From: Deltaproteobacteria bacterium | GTDB lineage: Bacteria; Myxococcota_A; UBA9042; DTJE01; S145-11 | NCBI GenBank assembly: GCA_015493765.1 | Contig: WGCQ01000014.1 | Coordinates: 1-58,171, forward strand | Direction: 5' to 3' | DNA: 58,171 bases | In this document: piece after piece, positions 17,176-27,124 of the stretch | How the letters are laid out: each line of letters begins with the position of its first letter | Numbering within the stretch: the stretch's first letter is position 1 | Notes under the pieces: generated by a model | Databases searched by the model: none | What the model saw: only the letters and a program-made list of their open reading frames with translations | Told to the model about the DNA's origin: nothing | Translations under genes and position numbers: made by a program

Positions 17176-18753
17176 TTAAAAACTGGCCGTGATCCTCATG
17201 CGCATGCCGGATGCAACCGATGCCGTACCACGGCCCGGCTCGTTCAATGCGGCCCCGGGAATCAAAACCGAGCCCGTCAATGCGGCCTGCAGGTGTTTGC
17301 CCATGTTGTATCTCAGGCCGATACCCGGTTCCGTACCCAGGTACCACGCATGCCCCGGCGTGCCTGCATTGTTGAATGCCGTGGCAATCAGCACCCACGC
17401 CCCGAGGCTAAGGTGGTGTCGCCTGTGGTCCACCAGGGTGTAAAAATACGCGGGTTTGAAGTACACGGCATTGGTAACGGTCCCGATCACCTCGCGGAAC
17501 AGGATCGAGTCCACGTGGTAGTCCCGGCTGAACAAAAACGAGGTTACGGTGTCATTTTTCGCATATTCCGGGTTCAATTTATAGGTCCGGTCGTCCGGGC
17601 CCACAAAGGTAAAATTATCCGTCACGCCAAAGTACGGCACATTGTCGCCGCTGGCAGCCCCCAGGTACAGCAGCCCCTGGTGGCGCGCCTTTTTCAGTTC
17701 CAGTTCCACGGCGAGCCCGAACGACAAAAAGGTCTTGGACGTGGAATCCTTGGTAAAACTCTGCACGTGGTCGATCTTGCCGAACTGGCCTGTCAACTCG
17801 GATTCGAACCTGAAATACGTGCCCTTGCGCCTTTGCCAATAACGCAGCCACAGCGACCCGTTGTACATGAATGCACCCCTGGGCGACAGGGTGTAGCAGT
17901 TGTACGGGATACCAAAAGGCCTGGCACCCGCGTATTTTGCGCATCCGTATGGGATCACCTTGTTCAGCCGCTCCGAACTGAGGTTTTGCTTGGTCAAGGC
18001 GTTGTAAAAACCGAAATCAAAACGTTTTGTCTGCGATGCCAGTTCCTCGAAGTCATCGGGGAAGGTGGGCTTGGAATCCAAAAGCAGCACCCAGCGATTT
18101 ATGTCGTCGGATTGTTCCAGGTCAAACACGGGACCCATGTATCGCGCGGGTGAACCGCTGACAGCACCCTCGTAGGGCATTTCCCAGCCAAACTGGAAAT
18201 ACACGTTGTGCGAGACCCTGATGCGCGCCCGGATACCGTCCACGGAGTCCCCGACGTCGGAATCGGGTGCAGATCCGGAATTGCGCAGGATGCCCAACCC
18301 GAAGTCATCCGGCATACGACCGCCGTACAGCATGAGGCGCTGGAACAGGGGCACCTCGATCCACACCATCTTCACCCGTACCGAGTGTTTCCAGGAGTTC
18401 CAAACGGTCCTCATGGAGGCCCTGGTATTTTCAAAAAACGGGTTTGATGGCGCGCTGCCGAATATGAAATTATCCAGGAAATCCAGGCGCATCCGGACCT
18501 TTGCGTACCCGGCCGCATCGATCCAGGGCTCCACCCGCAGGCGCATGTCCGCCCAGGTGGAGGTGCTTTCCGGTTGTATCGCGTGCCAGCCCGAGTGCCC
18601 GCCACGGCCCAGGTCCGCATTGTAATAGGAATTTACGCGCAAACGGAACGAGCCGCTCAGCCCCACCGTGGCCCAACTGGTGATCTTGTAGGTCAGTGCC
18701 GTGGCAGGAAGGCCCGTTAATATGACCAGCAGCAATGTGATTCGCCGAAACAT
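17176..18753 (-). CDS. Outer-membrane beta-barrel protein of unknown function
   Basis: The ATG at 18753 gives the signal peptide MFRRITLLLVILTGLPATA. The sequence shows alternating aromatic/hydrophilic beta-strand patterning and ends in C-terminal Phe (ITASF). The ORF-track start at 18771 is a TTG. Confidence 0.6.
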   Translation of the reverse strand: MFRRITLLLVILTGLPATALTYKITSWATVGLSGSFRLRVNSYYNADLGRGGHSGWHAIQPESTSTWADMRLRVEPWIDAAGYAKVRMRLDFLDNFIFGSAPSNPFFENTRASMRTVWNSWKHSVRVKMVWIEVPLFQRLMLYGGRMPDDFGLGILRNSGSAPDSDVGDSVDGIRARIRVSHNVYFQFGWEMPYEGAVSGSPARYMGPVFDLEQSDDINRWVLLLDSKPTFPDDFEELASQTKRFDFGFYNALTKQNLSSERLNKVIPYGCAKYAGARPFGIPYNCYTLSPRGAFMYNGSLWLRYWQRRKGTYFRFESELTGQFGKIDHVQSFTKDSTSKTFLSFGLAVELELKKARHQGLLYLGAASGDNVPYFGVTDNFTFVGPDDRTYKLNPEYAKNDTVTSFLFSRDYHVDSILFREVIGTVTNAVYFKPAYFYTLVDHRRHHLSLGAWVLIATAFNNAGTPGHAWYLGTEPGIGLRYNMGKHLQAALTGSVLIPGAALNEPGRGTASVASGMRMRITASF

Positions 18754-18805
18754 CCCGGCTATGGTAATCAAGGTTGGTTATTATGTCAAACGAATGGGTC
18801 AACCA

Positions 18806-18830
18806 CCAAGATTACCTGTCAAATTTGAGG
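18806..18830 (+). repeat. CCAAATTACCTG hairpin-motif instance
   Basis: ccaagattacctgtcaaatttgagg sits directly 5' of GC-rich mosaic element C1. Confidence 0.4.
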
Positions 18831-18834
18831 ATGA

Positions 18835-19206
18835 GACCGTGGCCGTGACCGTTGGCCGTGACCGTGGGCCGTGACCGAGGTTTCCGGTTACCACGGGAGC
18901 CTTTCCGAAAGGCCCGCAGCAACCGCAGGCTGCGTCCCGACGCCCGATACCAGAGGCCCGAATCCGTTGACCGTGGGCCGTTGGCCGTTGACCGTGGCCG
19001 TTGGCCGTGGCCGGGGTTTCCGGTTACTGCGGAAGCCTTCCCGCAAGGCCCGAAGGGCCGTCCCGCAGCAGCCGCAGGCTGCGTCCCGACGCCCGATACC
19101 AGAGGCCCGAATCCGTTGACCGTTGACCGTTGACCGTGACCGTGGGCCGTGGCCGTGTGATCCCGGTGAAAACGAAAGCCGTGGAGCGCAGGCGGCCTCG
19201 CCTGCC
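18835..19206 (+). repeat. GC-rich mosaic repeat C1: GRCCGT hexamer tracts flanking two ~137-bp core copies plus a conserved tail
   Basis: Tracts of GGCCGT/GACCGT/GGGCCGT surround the core GGTTTCCGGTTACNNCGGRAGCC...GCAGCCGCAGGCTGCGTCCCGA, which occurs twice (about 18878 and 19013). The tail GTGATCCCGGTGAAAACGAAAGCCGTGGAGCGCAGGCGGC is shared with 58010-58050. Confidence 0.8.
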
Positions 19207-19220
19207 TGTAACCCAGTGGG

Positions 19221-21650
19221 TCACACCACGATGTTGACAATCTTGTTCGGCACAACGATTACCTTGCGAATGTCTTTGCCCTCGACCCATGGCTGGATTT
19301 TTTCGTCTTTCAGTGCCAGTTCCCGGAGGACATCCCCGGGCAGGTCCTTCTGGACCACGAATTTGGACCGCAGTTTACCGTTTACCTGGATCACCACGGT
19401 GACCTCCTCGTCCACCACCAGTGCAGGGTCGTATTCGGGCCACGGGTGCTCGGTGATAGAGGGCGCATTGCCCAGTTTTTCCCACAATTCCTCGGCCAGG
19501 TGCGGTGCAAACGGTGAAATCAACAACGTGATCGTTTGCGCAATCACCCTGTAGCCCCGGGGTGCCTTCACTGCCTCGTTGAGCAGGGTCATTAGTTGGG
19601 CGATACCCGTATTGTACCGGATGCGCTCGATGTCCTCGGTCATCTTTTTGATCGTCTTGTGCATGGTACGTTTCAAAGGCAAGGGTGGCTCGGCGTCCGA
19701 CAGCGGCCCTGTTACATAACGATAGATCCTGTTCAAAAAACGTTGGGCCCCCCCCATGCCGTCCGTACTCCAGGGTTTAACCACCTCCAACGGCCCCAGG
19801 AACATCTCGAACACCCTCAAACTGTCAGCCCCGTAAGTGGCCACCATGTCGTCAGGATTTACCACGTTACCCAGGGATTTGCTCATTTTGCGACCGTCCT
19901 CACCCAGGATCAAGCCCTGATTTACCAGTTTCATAAATGGCTCCGGTGTGCTTACGACCCCTATGTCATACAAAAACTTGTGCCAGAACCGCGCGTACAG
20001 CAAATGCAACACCGCGTGTTCCGCCCCGCCTACGTACAGGTCAACCGGCGCCCAGTATTTTTCCTTTTGAGGTGCCACCATCCTTTCATCGTTATGCGGG
20101 TCCAGGTACCTGAGGTAATACCAGCAAGACCCGGCCCACTGTGGCATGGTATGGGTCTCACGCCTTGCCCTCCTGCCAGTTTCCGGGTCCGTGGTCCATA
20201 CCCAGTCCTCTATCAAGGCCAGGGGTGACTCCCCCGTACCTGCGGGCTTGTAACTCTTTACGTCCGGCAGGGTCAAGGGCAACTGGTCCTCGGGAATCGG
20301 CTTGATTTCCAGTACGTTATCATCGTCGTCCAGCACGTAAATCAAGGGGATGGGCTCGCCCCAATAGCGCTGCCTGGAAAATACCCAGTCCCTCAGTTTG
20401 TAGTTTACTGCACGCTTGCCAATGCCCTTTTCCTCCAGCCAGGCCGTGATTCGCTGTTTGAATTCCTGCGTGCCGAGCCCGTTGAACCTGCCGCTGTTAA
20501 TTGCAATACCCTGCCGGGTAAATGCCTCGTTGAGCGGGGCATGGGATTTGCCGTCAGGACTCACCACCTCAACGATGGGCAAACCAAACCGCCTGGCAAA
20601 CTCGAAATCCCGCTCGTCATGTGCAGGAACCGCCATGATCGCACCGGTCCCGTAGGACATCAACACGTAATCGGCCACCCAAATCGGGATTCGCTGGCCG
20701 TTGACCGGATTGATGGCATAACCACCTGTGAATACGCCGGTTTTTTCCTTGCCAGCCTCGATCCGCTGACGTTCCGAACGGTTGACAGCGGCCTGGACAT
20801 AGGCCTCCACCTGGGGCTTTTGTTCGGGCGTGGTCACTTTTGCCACCAGGGGATGCTCCGGCGCTATCACCATGTACGTGGCCCCGAACAGCGTGTCCGG
20901 ACGGGTGGTATAAACCGTCAGGTGCTCATCCATACCTGGAATTTCGAAATCCACCTGGGCGCCTTCGGACCTGCCGATCCAGTTTCGTTGCTGTTCTATG
21001 ATCCCCTGGGGCCAGTCCAGCAGGTCCAGGTCCTTCAACAGGCGGTCCGCATAGGCCGTGATCCTCAACATCCACTGCTTCATGGGCCTGCGGAACACGG
21101 GGAATCCGCCTCTCACGGACAGCCCGTCCTCGACCTCTTCGTCCGCCAGCACGGTGCCCAGGTCAGGACACCAGTTCACCGCCACCTCCTTTTGGTAGGC
21201 CAGACCCGCCTTGAACATCTGGATGAACACCCATTGCGTCCACTTGTAGTAATCCGGGTTGCTGGTCGCGATCTCGCGGTCCCAGTCGTACGCCAGGCCC
21301 AGCATCTGGATCTGCCGTTTGAAGGTCGATATATTCTTCCTGGTGGTCACTGCCGGGTGCACCCCTGTCTGGATCGCATACTGTTCGGCCGGTAGCCCGA
21401 AGGAGTCCCAGCCCATGGGATGCAACACATTGAAACCACGCATCTTTTTGTAACGAGTCATTACGTCTGTCGCGGTATAGCCCTCGGGGTGTCCCACGTG
21501 CAGCCCGGCACCTGACGGATAGGGAAACATGTCCAGGGCATAAAATTTTGGCCTTTTGTCGTTGTCCCTTGCCTTAAATGTCTTGTGTTCCAGCCAGTAC
21601 CTTTGCCACTTCGGTTCGATTTCCCAAAACGGATAGCCTTTTTTTGCCAT
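19221..21650 (-). CDS. leuS: Leucyl-tRNA synthetase
   Basis: The ATG at 21650 ([19 protein letters not shown]) has a GGAGG SD. The HIGH-type motif reads HVGHPEGY and KMSKS is present. Length and the CP1 region are typical of bacterial LeuRS. The ORF-track start at 21662 is a TTG inside the SD. Confidence 0.96.
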   Translation of the reverse strand: MAKKGYPFWEIEPKWQRYWLEHKTFKARDNDKRPKFYALDMFPYPSGAGLHVGHPEGYTATDVMTRYKKMRGFNVLHPMGWDSFGLPAEQYAIQTGVHPAVTTRKNISTFKRQIQMLGLAYDWDREIATSNPDYYKWTQWVFIQMFKAGLAYQKEVAVNWCPDLGTVLADEEVEDGLSVRGGFPVFRRPMKQWMLRITAYADRLLKDLDLLDWPQGIIEQQRNWIGRSEGAQVDFEIPGMDEHLTVYTTRPDTLFGATYMVIAPEHPLVAKVTTPEQKPQVEAYVQAAVNRSERQRIEAGKEKTGVFTGGYAINPVNGQRIPIWVADYVLMSYGTGAIMAVPAHDERDFEFARRFGLPIVEVVSPDGKSHAPLNEAFTRQGIAINSGRFNGLGTQEFKQRITAWLEEKGIGKRAVNYKLRDWVFSRQRYWGEPIPLIYVLDDDDNVLEIKPIPEDQLPLTLPDVKSYKPAGTGESPLALIEDWVWTTDPETGRRARRETHTMPQWAGSCWYYLRYLDPHNDERMVAPQKEKYWAPVDLYVGGAEHAVLHLLYARFWHKFLYDIGVVSTPEPFMKLVNQGLILGEDGRKMSKSLGNVVNPDDMVATYGADSLRVFEMFLGPLEVVKPWSTDGMGGAQRFLNRIYRYVTGPLSDAEPPLPLKRTMHKTIKKMTEDIERIRYNTGIAQLMTLLNEAVKAPRGYRVIAQTITLLISPFAPHLAEELWEKLGNAPSITEHPWPEYDPALVVDEEVTVVIQVNGKLRSKFVVQKDLPGDVLRELALKDEKIQPWVEGKDIRKVIVVPNKIVNIVV

Positions 21651-21716
21651 GTCAGCCTCCAAGTTGCCGGTTATTCTACAATATCAGCCACGGTTTGACC
21701 ACTAAAAAGTGGCATT

Positions 21717-21743
21717 CCCCAAATTACCTGCCTGAATTTGGGG
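21717..21743 (+). repeat. CCAAATTACCTG hairpin-motif instance (9-bp perfect stem)
   Basis: CCCCAAATT-acctgcctg-AATTTGGGG lies in the leuS/icd divergent intergenic region. Confidence 0.5.
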
Positions 21744-21873
21744 AGATTAACACTACCCCGAAAGGCAATCCCCAAAAACTTAAAATAGATCAATGTTTGT
21801 GGATATTTTCCTTGACCAGCAGTGTCGGGTCGGATAAAGTGCCTCAGGTATAAGGTTTCCACATGGAGGATAT

Positions 21874-23178
21874 ATGAGCAATACGGATTTGAAAGAAGGC
21901 AGAAAAATTACGGTCAATTCTGACCTTACGCTGAATGTACCCAACAATCCGATCATTCCGTTCATCCGGGGTGACGGGACAGGACCCGACATCTGGGCCG
22001 CGACCGTGCGGGTGCTGGATGCGGCGGTGCAAAAGGCGTACAAGGGCGAACGAAAGATCGTATGGAAAGAGGTCTATGCCGGGGAATTGGCATTCAATAA
22101 GGTAGGCGAATGGCTGCCCCAGGAAACACTGGACACGTTAAAGGAATACGTGGTAGGCATAAAAGGGCCTCTGACCACGCCGGTGGGCGGTGGGATCCGC
22201 AGCCTGAACGTGACGATCCGCAAAAAACTGGACCTGTATGCATGCGTCAGGCCGTCAAAATGGTACAAGGGCGTGCCCTCACCCATGAAACACCCGGAAA
22301 AACTGGATATTATCCTGTTCCGCGAGAACACGGAGGACGTGTATGCCGGCATCGAGTGGAAATCCGGGACCCCCGAGGCGGACAAGGTGCGTGATTTCCT
22401 GGTAAACGAGATGGGCGCCACTATCCGCGAGAAATCCGGTATTGGCATCAAGCCGATCAGCGAATTAGGGTCCAAACGCCTGATACGCATGGCAATCAAG
22501 TACGCCCTTAAGCATGGCCGCAAGAGCGTGACCATGGTGCACAAGGGCAACATCATGAAGTACACGGAAGGCGCATTCAAGGACTGGGGTTACGAACTGG
22601 CCAAGGAGGAATTCCGGGACCAGATCATCACGGAGGATGAACTGTGGGACATGGTAAAGGCCGAGGACGGTGTCACCCCCATCCAGAAACCGGGTGCATT
22701 TGCGGACCTGCGCGGCGGACGTCCGGCAGGTGACCCGGGTGATCGCCTGGTCATCAAGGACAGGATCGCGGACCAGATGTTCCAGCAGTTGCTGCTGAGG
22801 CCGGATGAATACGACGTGCTCACCACGCCGAATTTGAACGGTGACTACCTTAGTGATGCCGCTGCTGCCCAGGTCGGTGGGCTGGGCATGGCCGCAGGCT
22901 CCAACATCGGGGATTATGCCGCGGTATTCGAGGCCACCCACGGCACGGCACCGAAGTATGCGGGCCTTGACAAGGTCAACCCCTCGTCGCTGATCCTTTC
23001 GGGCGTGATGATGTTGCAGCACATGGGCTGGGACGAGGCCGCAGCACTGATCGAAAAGGGTGTTCAGGGCGCGATCAGCAACAAGACCGTGACCTACGAC
23101 CTGCACCGCCAGATGGAGGGTGCGACCCTGTTGAAGTGCTCTGAATTTGGGACCAAGGTTATTGAGAATATGGATTAA
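21874..23178 (+). CDS. icd: NADP-dependent isocitrate dehydrogenase
   Basis: 434 aa with a GGAGG SD. Motifs [14 protein letters not shown] and [19 protein letters not shown] are typical of prokaryotic homodimeric IDH. Confidence 0.95.
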   Translation: MSNTDLKEGRKITVNSDLTLNVPNNPIIPFIRGDGTGPDIWAATVRVLDAAVQKAYKGERKIVWKEVYAGELAFNKVGEWLPQETLDTLKEYVVGIKGPLTTPVGGGIRSLNVTIRKKLDLYACVRPSKWYKGVPSPMKHPEKLDIILFRENTEDVYAGIEWKSGTPEADKVRDFLVNEMGATIREKSGIGIKPISELGSKRLIRMAIKYALKHGRKSVTMVHKGNIMKYTEGAFKDWGYELAKEEFRDQIITEDELWDMVKAEDGVTPIQKPGAFADLRGGRPAGDPGDRLVIKDRIADQMFQQLLLRPDEYDVLTTPNLNGDYLSDAAAAQVGGLGMAAGSNIGDYAAVFEATHGTAPKYAGLDKVNPSSLILSGVMMLQHMGWDEAAALIEKGVQGAISNKTVTYDLHRQMEGATLLKCSEFGTKVIENMD

Positions 23179-23199
23179 CCCATTTAGCGAGGTGTAAAA

Positions 23200-24141
23200 A
23201 TGGCCAGAAAAAAAATCGCAGTTATCGGCGCGGGCAGGGTTGGTGAACACACTGTTCACAGCCTGGCTATGAAGCAACTGGGCGATATCGTCATGGTGGA
23301 TATCGTGGAAGGCAAGCCCCAGGGCATCGCACTGGACATCATGGAAGAACGGCCTCTTTCGGGCTGGGATGTGAACATCCTGGGGACCAACGACTATGCG
23401 GACATAGCGGGTGCGGACGTGATCGTGATGACCGCCGGTTTCCCGCGTAAGCCTGGCATGAGCCGTGACGATTTGATCGAAGCAAACATGAAGATCATCA
23501 AGCCTGCGGCCGAAAACTTCAAAAAATATGCACCCAATGCAATCGTGGTGGTTGTAACGAACCCGTTGGACGTGATCTGCTGGGCCGCATTGGAAGTGAC
23601 CGGATTCGCCAAAAACAAGGTCATGGGCATGGCCGGTGTGCTGGACACGAACCGCTTCAGGACCTTCGTGGCCATGGAAATGGGCGTATCCGTCAAGGAC
23701 GTGCAGGCGTACGTGCTGGGTGGACACGGCGATGACATGGTGCCACTGGTGCGGTATTCCAACATCGGCGGGATCCCGCTGGAGGAGATCATGCCCAAGG
23801 ACAAACTGGACTTCGTGGTACAGCGTACCCGCAAGGCCGGCGGCGAAATCGTGAAGCACCTGGGATACTCGGCGTACTTCTCACCGGGGCACAGCGCGGC
23901 GGAGATGGTCCAGGCGATTCTGCTGGATGAAAAGCGCGTACTGCCTGCAGCGGCGTACCTGCAGGGTGAATATGGCCTGGAAGGCATATTCCTGGGCGTC
24001 CCGATCCTGCTGGGCTCCAATGGTATCGAAAAGATCTTTGAATTGAACCTGACAGATGCGGAAAAGGCTGCACTGAATAAATCAGCGGCCGGCGTGAAAG
24101 AGGTCACAGGGATCGCCAAAAATATCCTTGCCAAGATGTAA
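23200..24141 (+). CDS. mdh: Malate dehydrogenase (LDH-like family)
   Basis: 313 aa. It has KIAVIGAGRVGEHT, PRKPGMSRDDL and GGHGDDMVPL. Confidence 0.94.
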   Translation: MARKKIAVIGAGRVGEHTVHSLAMKQLGDIVMVDIVEGKPQGIALDIMEERPLSGWDVNILGTNDYADIAGADVIVMTAGFPRKPGMSRDDLIEANMKIIKPAAENFKKYAPNAIVVVVTNPLDVICWAALEVTGFAKNKVMGMAGVLDTNRFRTFVAMEMGVSVKDVQAYVLGGHGDDMVPLVRYSNIGGIPLEEIMPKDKLDFVVQRTRKAGGEIVKHLGYSAYFSPGHSAAEMVQAILLDEKRVLPAAAYLQGEYGLEGIFLGVPILLGSNGIEKIFELNLTDAEKAALNKSAAGVKEVTGIAKNILAKM

Positions 24142-24353
24142 GACCACTCTGGACCGGATGCGCAAAACCGGTTCGAAGAATATCAGTCCGTTCACGAGAT
24201 TCACCTGAAAGATTATCAGTATTCTTATAAAAAATCTGACTTCTATGGTTCACTACAACTCAACCCGTGTCCTGCAAAAATTCATAAAAACTTACAAAAA
24301 AAGTTGACAAGACCTTTCTATTGACGTTACAATATAATGTAACTGGAGCCGTA

Positions 24354-24863
24354 ATGGAGCACATAGGGGCATATCTTACTAACGGGAGGACAGCGAAGGG
24401 CTTGAGCCGGGAAGATATTTCCCGCATCACAAAGATTCCCCTCAAGTTTGTGGTCGCACTCGAGGAGGAGGACTTTGAAACGTTGCCCGAGGCTGTTTAC
24501 ATACGCGGATTCGTCAGGACGTACTGCGAGGAAGTGGGACTGAGTCCTGACCCGGTACTTGGGCGTCTAAGCCAGGCCCTGCCAAAGGAAGGTCCTGTAC
24601 ACCATACGGACAATCCAGGCATATCTTTGGGTGGTACTCCGATCAGGCTTAGCGGTGGGAAAGCAAGTCCCAGGTCCAGGATGGGCATTGCACTGGTATT
24701 GTTGTTCGTTGTGCTGGGCCTGCTGTTTGGAATTCTGACCCTCACCCAGGGTCCCAGTAAGACGGATATGTCCCAGGTTGGCCGGCCATCTTCTTCCGTG
24801 CACACCACGTATCCATCGGTGATCGACCAGAACGTAAGTGAGCCAGGTCGCTATTATTTTTAA
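24354..24863 (+). CDS. rodZ: RodZ-like cytoskeleton protein (HTH + TM)
   Basis: From the ATG at 24354 the product reads MEHIGAYLTNGRTAKGLSREDISRITKIPLKFVVALEEEDFETLPEAVYIRGFVRTYCEEVGL, the characteristic RodZ N-terminal HTH signature. A TM helix IALVLLFVVLGLLFGILTL follows. The stop overlaps the recO ATG (TAATG). Confidence 0.75.
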   Translation: MEHIGAYLTNGRTAKGLSREDISRITKIPLKFVVALEEEDFETLPEAVYIRGFVRTYCEEVGLSPDPVLGRLSQALPKEGPVHHTDNPGISLGGTPIRLSGGKASPRSRMGIALVLLFVVLGLLFGILTLTQGPSKTDMSQVGRPSSSVHTTYPSVIDQNVSEPGRYYF

Positions 24864-25564
24864 TGGAAATCAAAAACAAGGCCCTGCTGTTGGCAGTGAT
24901 CCCGTTTCGTGAGAGGGATGCTGTCCTGCATTTCCTGTGCGAAGACCACGGACTTTGTACTGCCATGGCGCGGGGATTTTTTGCCGGCAAAAGGCGTTTC
25001 GGGTTTGCAGTGGATTATTTCAACCTGTTGAACCTGGGGATGAAGCAGGGCCGGGGTAACATGTACAACCTGTCATGGGCCGAGCCGTTGCGTATATTCG
25101 AAGGGATCCGTACGTCCCTGCCCGCTTCTGGCGCTGGAATGATGCTGCTTGCCGTGGTCAAATGGATTGCAAGCGATGCCCCACCAAACAAGGATGCGTT
25201 CAATACTGTTGTGACCGGCCTGACCGGGATCGAGCAGGCGGAAAACCCATGGCCTGTTGCAGTACGGGGTGTGCTCGCCCTCCTGGAATGTTACGGATTT
25301 TCATTGACAGGCCGAACCTGTGCACTCTGTAATCAACAAATGGATACGCCATACGGGATTTCCCGCCAGGGGTTGCCCGTGTGTCAGGAGTGCTGTCGCA
25401 AGGGGTGCAGGCGGTTATCACCGGCATTTCTGGCGGCTTTGCAGGGGCAAGCAACCCAGGGCCTGCTGCCAATGCTCCAGGACCTGGAGTTCATTTTGCA
25501 AGGAATACTCGAGCGCCCTGTCAACCTGCACGCCTTTTTGCAACTGCAAGCCACAGCAACATAA
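24863..25564 (+). CDS. recO: DNA repair protein RecO
   Basis: 233 aa. The OB-fold N-terminus KALLLAVIPFRERDAVLHFLCEDHGL is followed by a zinc-finger CALC...CQEC. Confidence 0.85.
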   Translation: MEIKNKALLLAVIPFRERDAVLHFLCEDHGLCTAMARGFFAGKRRFGFAVDYFNLLNLGMKQGRGNMYNLSWAEPLRIFEGIRTSLPASGAGMMLLAVVKWIASDAPPNKDAFNTVVTGLTGIEQAENPWPVAVRGVLALLECYGFSLTGRTCALCNQQMDTPYGISRQGLPVCQECCRKGCRRLSPAFLAALQGQATQGLLPMLQDLEFILQGILERPVNLHAFLQLQATAT

Positions 25565-27050
25565 AAATAAACGGCACTATCCAGTCGGTCCGTACCGGTG
25601 CACGGTCCCGGGTATCGCACGCCCCCCCATTGGGTTGGACACATTGGGCCTCGTCCGTGAGCCCGTCGCAATCATTGTCCATGTGGTCACCGCAGATCTC
25701 GGTGTGGGCAGGCCCTGGTGTCGCAGAGCATACGACCCGGGTTTTATCCTTTGAACATATGTACACCCCTGCGCTTTTGCATATGCCCTTCCCCACGTAA
25801 CAGACTGCTCCCACAGGGAAATCCTCGTCCGTAAGGCCGTCACAATCGTTGTCCTGGCCGTCGCATAGTTCCTTTTGAGCCTGTGAGTCGGACCCATCCG
25901 GATTGGTCGAACACACGGCCCGCGTGTGGTCCTTGGAACACACCACTTCACCGTGTCCGCACTGGCCCACGCCAGTGCACTCCGAGCCCACCGGCAGCCC
26001 GTGATACGTAAAGCCCTCGTCGGTAAGCCCGTCGCAGTCATTGTCCAGGCCGTCACAGGATGATTCCTGCGGTTCGTAGGTGTCAGGATAATTGCATTTC
26101 CACCCTGTAGGGCCTGTGCATATCGCAACAGAACCCTTGCATACCCCTTGTTGCAGACACGGATTTTTGTGTTCCCTTATATTATCCGTCAGCCCGTCGC
26201 AGTCGTTGTCCAGGCCGTCACATGTCGTTTCCTTTTTCTCGTAGGTGGAGGGATACAAACACACAAAACCGGCCGTACCCATACACGAGGGCGTTGTCCC
26301 CTTGCAAACGCCGAGTGCCTTGCACGTCATATCCGTGTGTACGTCTTCGTCAATTACCCCGTTACAATTGTCATCCAGCCCGTTGCAGATTTCGTGTGCA
26401 TTTGGATTGATCTTGCTGTTGCTGTCATTACAATCCCCCTGGTCCTCGGCAAAACCATCACCGTCATTGTCACAGTACGTGTTTGCCCGCCCCGGTGTCC
26501 CCAGGTCCCCTGACTCGCCTTCCATGGGAATCCTTGCATAGCACCACGGGTCCTGTTCATCCTTCGGTTCCCTGTTGAACGCAATCCCTTTCCGGGGTGT
26601 CAGTACGCCCCCGTAGGTAAACGAATCCAGGATATCGCCTTCCCTGGACAACTGGATCGTATCCGATTCCTGGTCCAGGCTGAAATTTTGCCCCACGGAA
26701 TACGTATGTACCCTGCCCTCTTGTGTCTTGGGATTGCCCTGGGCTGTCAGGACCACGTAATCCTTTGGCCGCAAGGTCAGGTCCTTGGACAGGCTGATCA
26801 CGTAAAATCCACCGCTTTTTGTCTGCAAAACCAGGCCTTGCAGGTTTACAGGCTGCTCCCCCCGGTTGAACAACTCCACCCACTGGGGTCCGAATGGGTC
26901 ATCATTACTACCAAGGACCATCACCTCACTGATCACGACGGATTTGTCCACACGGTCCTTGTGCCCGCGGGTCTTTCCGTAGGTCGAAAACGCGAACCAT
27001 GGCAATGACAACACCATGAATACTGTAAAAAGTAGAGGTCTCACAGCCAT
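25521..27050 (-). CDS. Secreted lamin-tail-domain protein with five MopE-type Cys-rich repeats and C-terminal TM anchor
   Basis: 509 aa with a signal peptide. The LTD signature reads VVISEVMVLGSNDDPFGPQWVELFNRGEQPVNLQGLVL. The CDGLDNDCDGLTDE-type motif occurs 5 times. The C-terminus is hydrophobic: WIVPFIFMLLWLAVA. Confidence 0.7.
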   Translation of the reverse strand: MAVRPLLFTVFMVLSLPWFAFSTYGKTRGHKDRVDKSVVISEVMVLGSNDDPFGPQWVELFNRGEQPVNLQGLVLQTKSGGFYVISLSKDLTLRPKDYVVLTAQGNPKTQEGRVHTYSVGQNFSLDQESDTIQLSREGDILDSFTYGGVLTPRKGIAFNREPKDEQDPWCYARIPMEGESGDLGTPGRANTYCDNDGDGFAEDQGDCNDSNSKINPNAHEICNGLDDNCNGVIDEDVHTDMTCKALGVCKGTTPSCMGTAGFVCLYPSTYEKKETTCDGLDNDCDGLTDNIREHKNPCLQQGVCKGSVAICTGPTGWKCNYPDTYEPQESSCDGLDNDCDGLTDEGFTYHGLPVGSECTGVGQCGHGEVVCSKDHTRAVCSTNPDGSDSQAQKELCDGQDNDCDGLTDEDFPVGAVCYVGKGICKSAGVYICSKDKTRVVCSATPGPAHTEICGDHMDNDCDGLTDEAQCVQPNGGACDTRDRAPVRTDWIVPFIFMLLWLAVAKRRAG

Positions 27051-27066
27051 ATTCTACTATTTTTGT

Positions 27067-27091
27067 CCAATTTAGTCAGGTAATTTGGTGG
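27067..27091 (-). repeat. CCAAATTACCTG hairpin-motif instance
   Basis: The reverse complement reads ccaccaaattacctgactaaattgg. It lies between the two minus-strand secreted-protein genes. Confidence 0.4.
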
Positions 27092-27124
27092 TAAATCGCG
27101 GTGGTTTAATGCACTTGATGTTTT

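Noticed and set aside
18835-19206. Possible CRISPR array (regular GC-rich repeats)
   Set aside because: The repeated units are 6-nt tracts and ~130-bp cores, not 25-40-nt direct repeats separated by unique spacers of similar size. There are no cas genes in the window.
18812-19290. ORFs of 82-147 aa running through GC-rich element C1. The ORFs at 54259-54743 and 57730-58140 are similar cases.
   Set aside because: Their translations are RPRP/GHGHG/TVTV-type repeats produced by the hexamer tracts. ORFs appear in several frames and on both strands, and none has a start context. I treat these regions as non-coding repeats.
22465-23859. 464-aa ORF antisense to icd/mdh
   Set aside because: It is a shadow ORF spanning two well-supported genes and their intergenic gap, with no motifs.
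24303-24340. TTGACA ... TATAAT promoter upstream of rodZ
   Set aside because: Both hexamers are present (TTGACA at 24304, TATAAT at 24332). The spacing is about 22-23 nt, or 6 nt from the second TTGACG, which does not fit a standard sigma70 promoter. Not reported as a feature.
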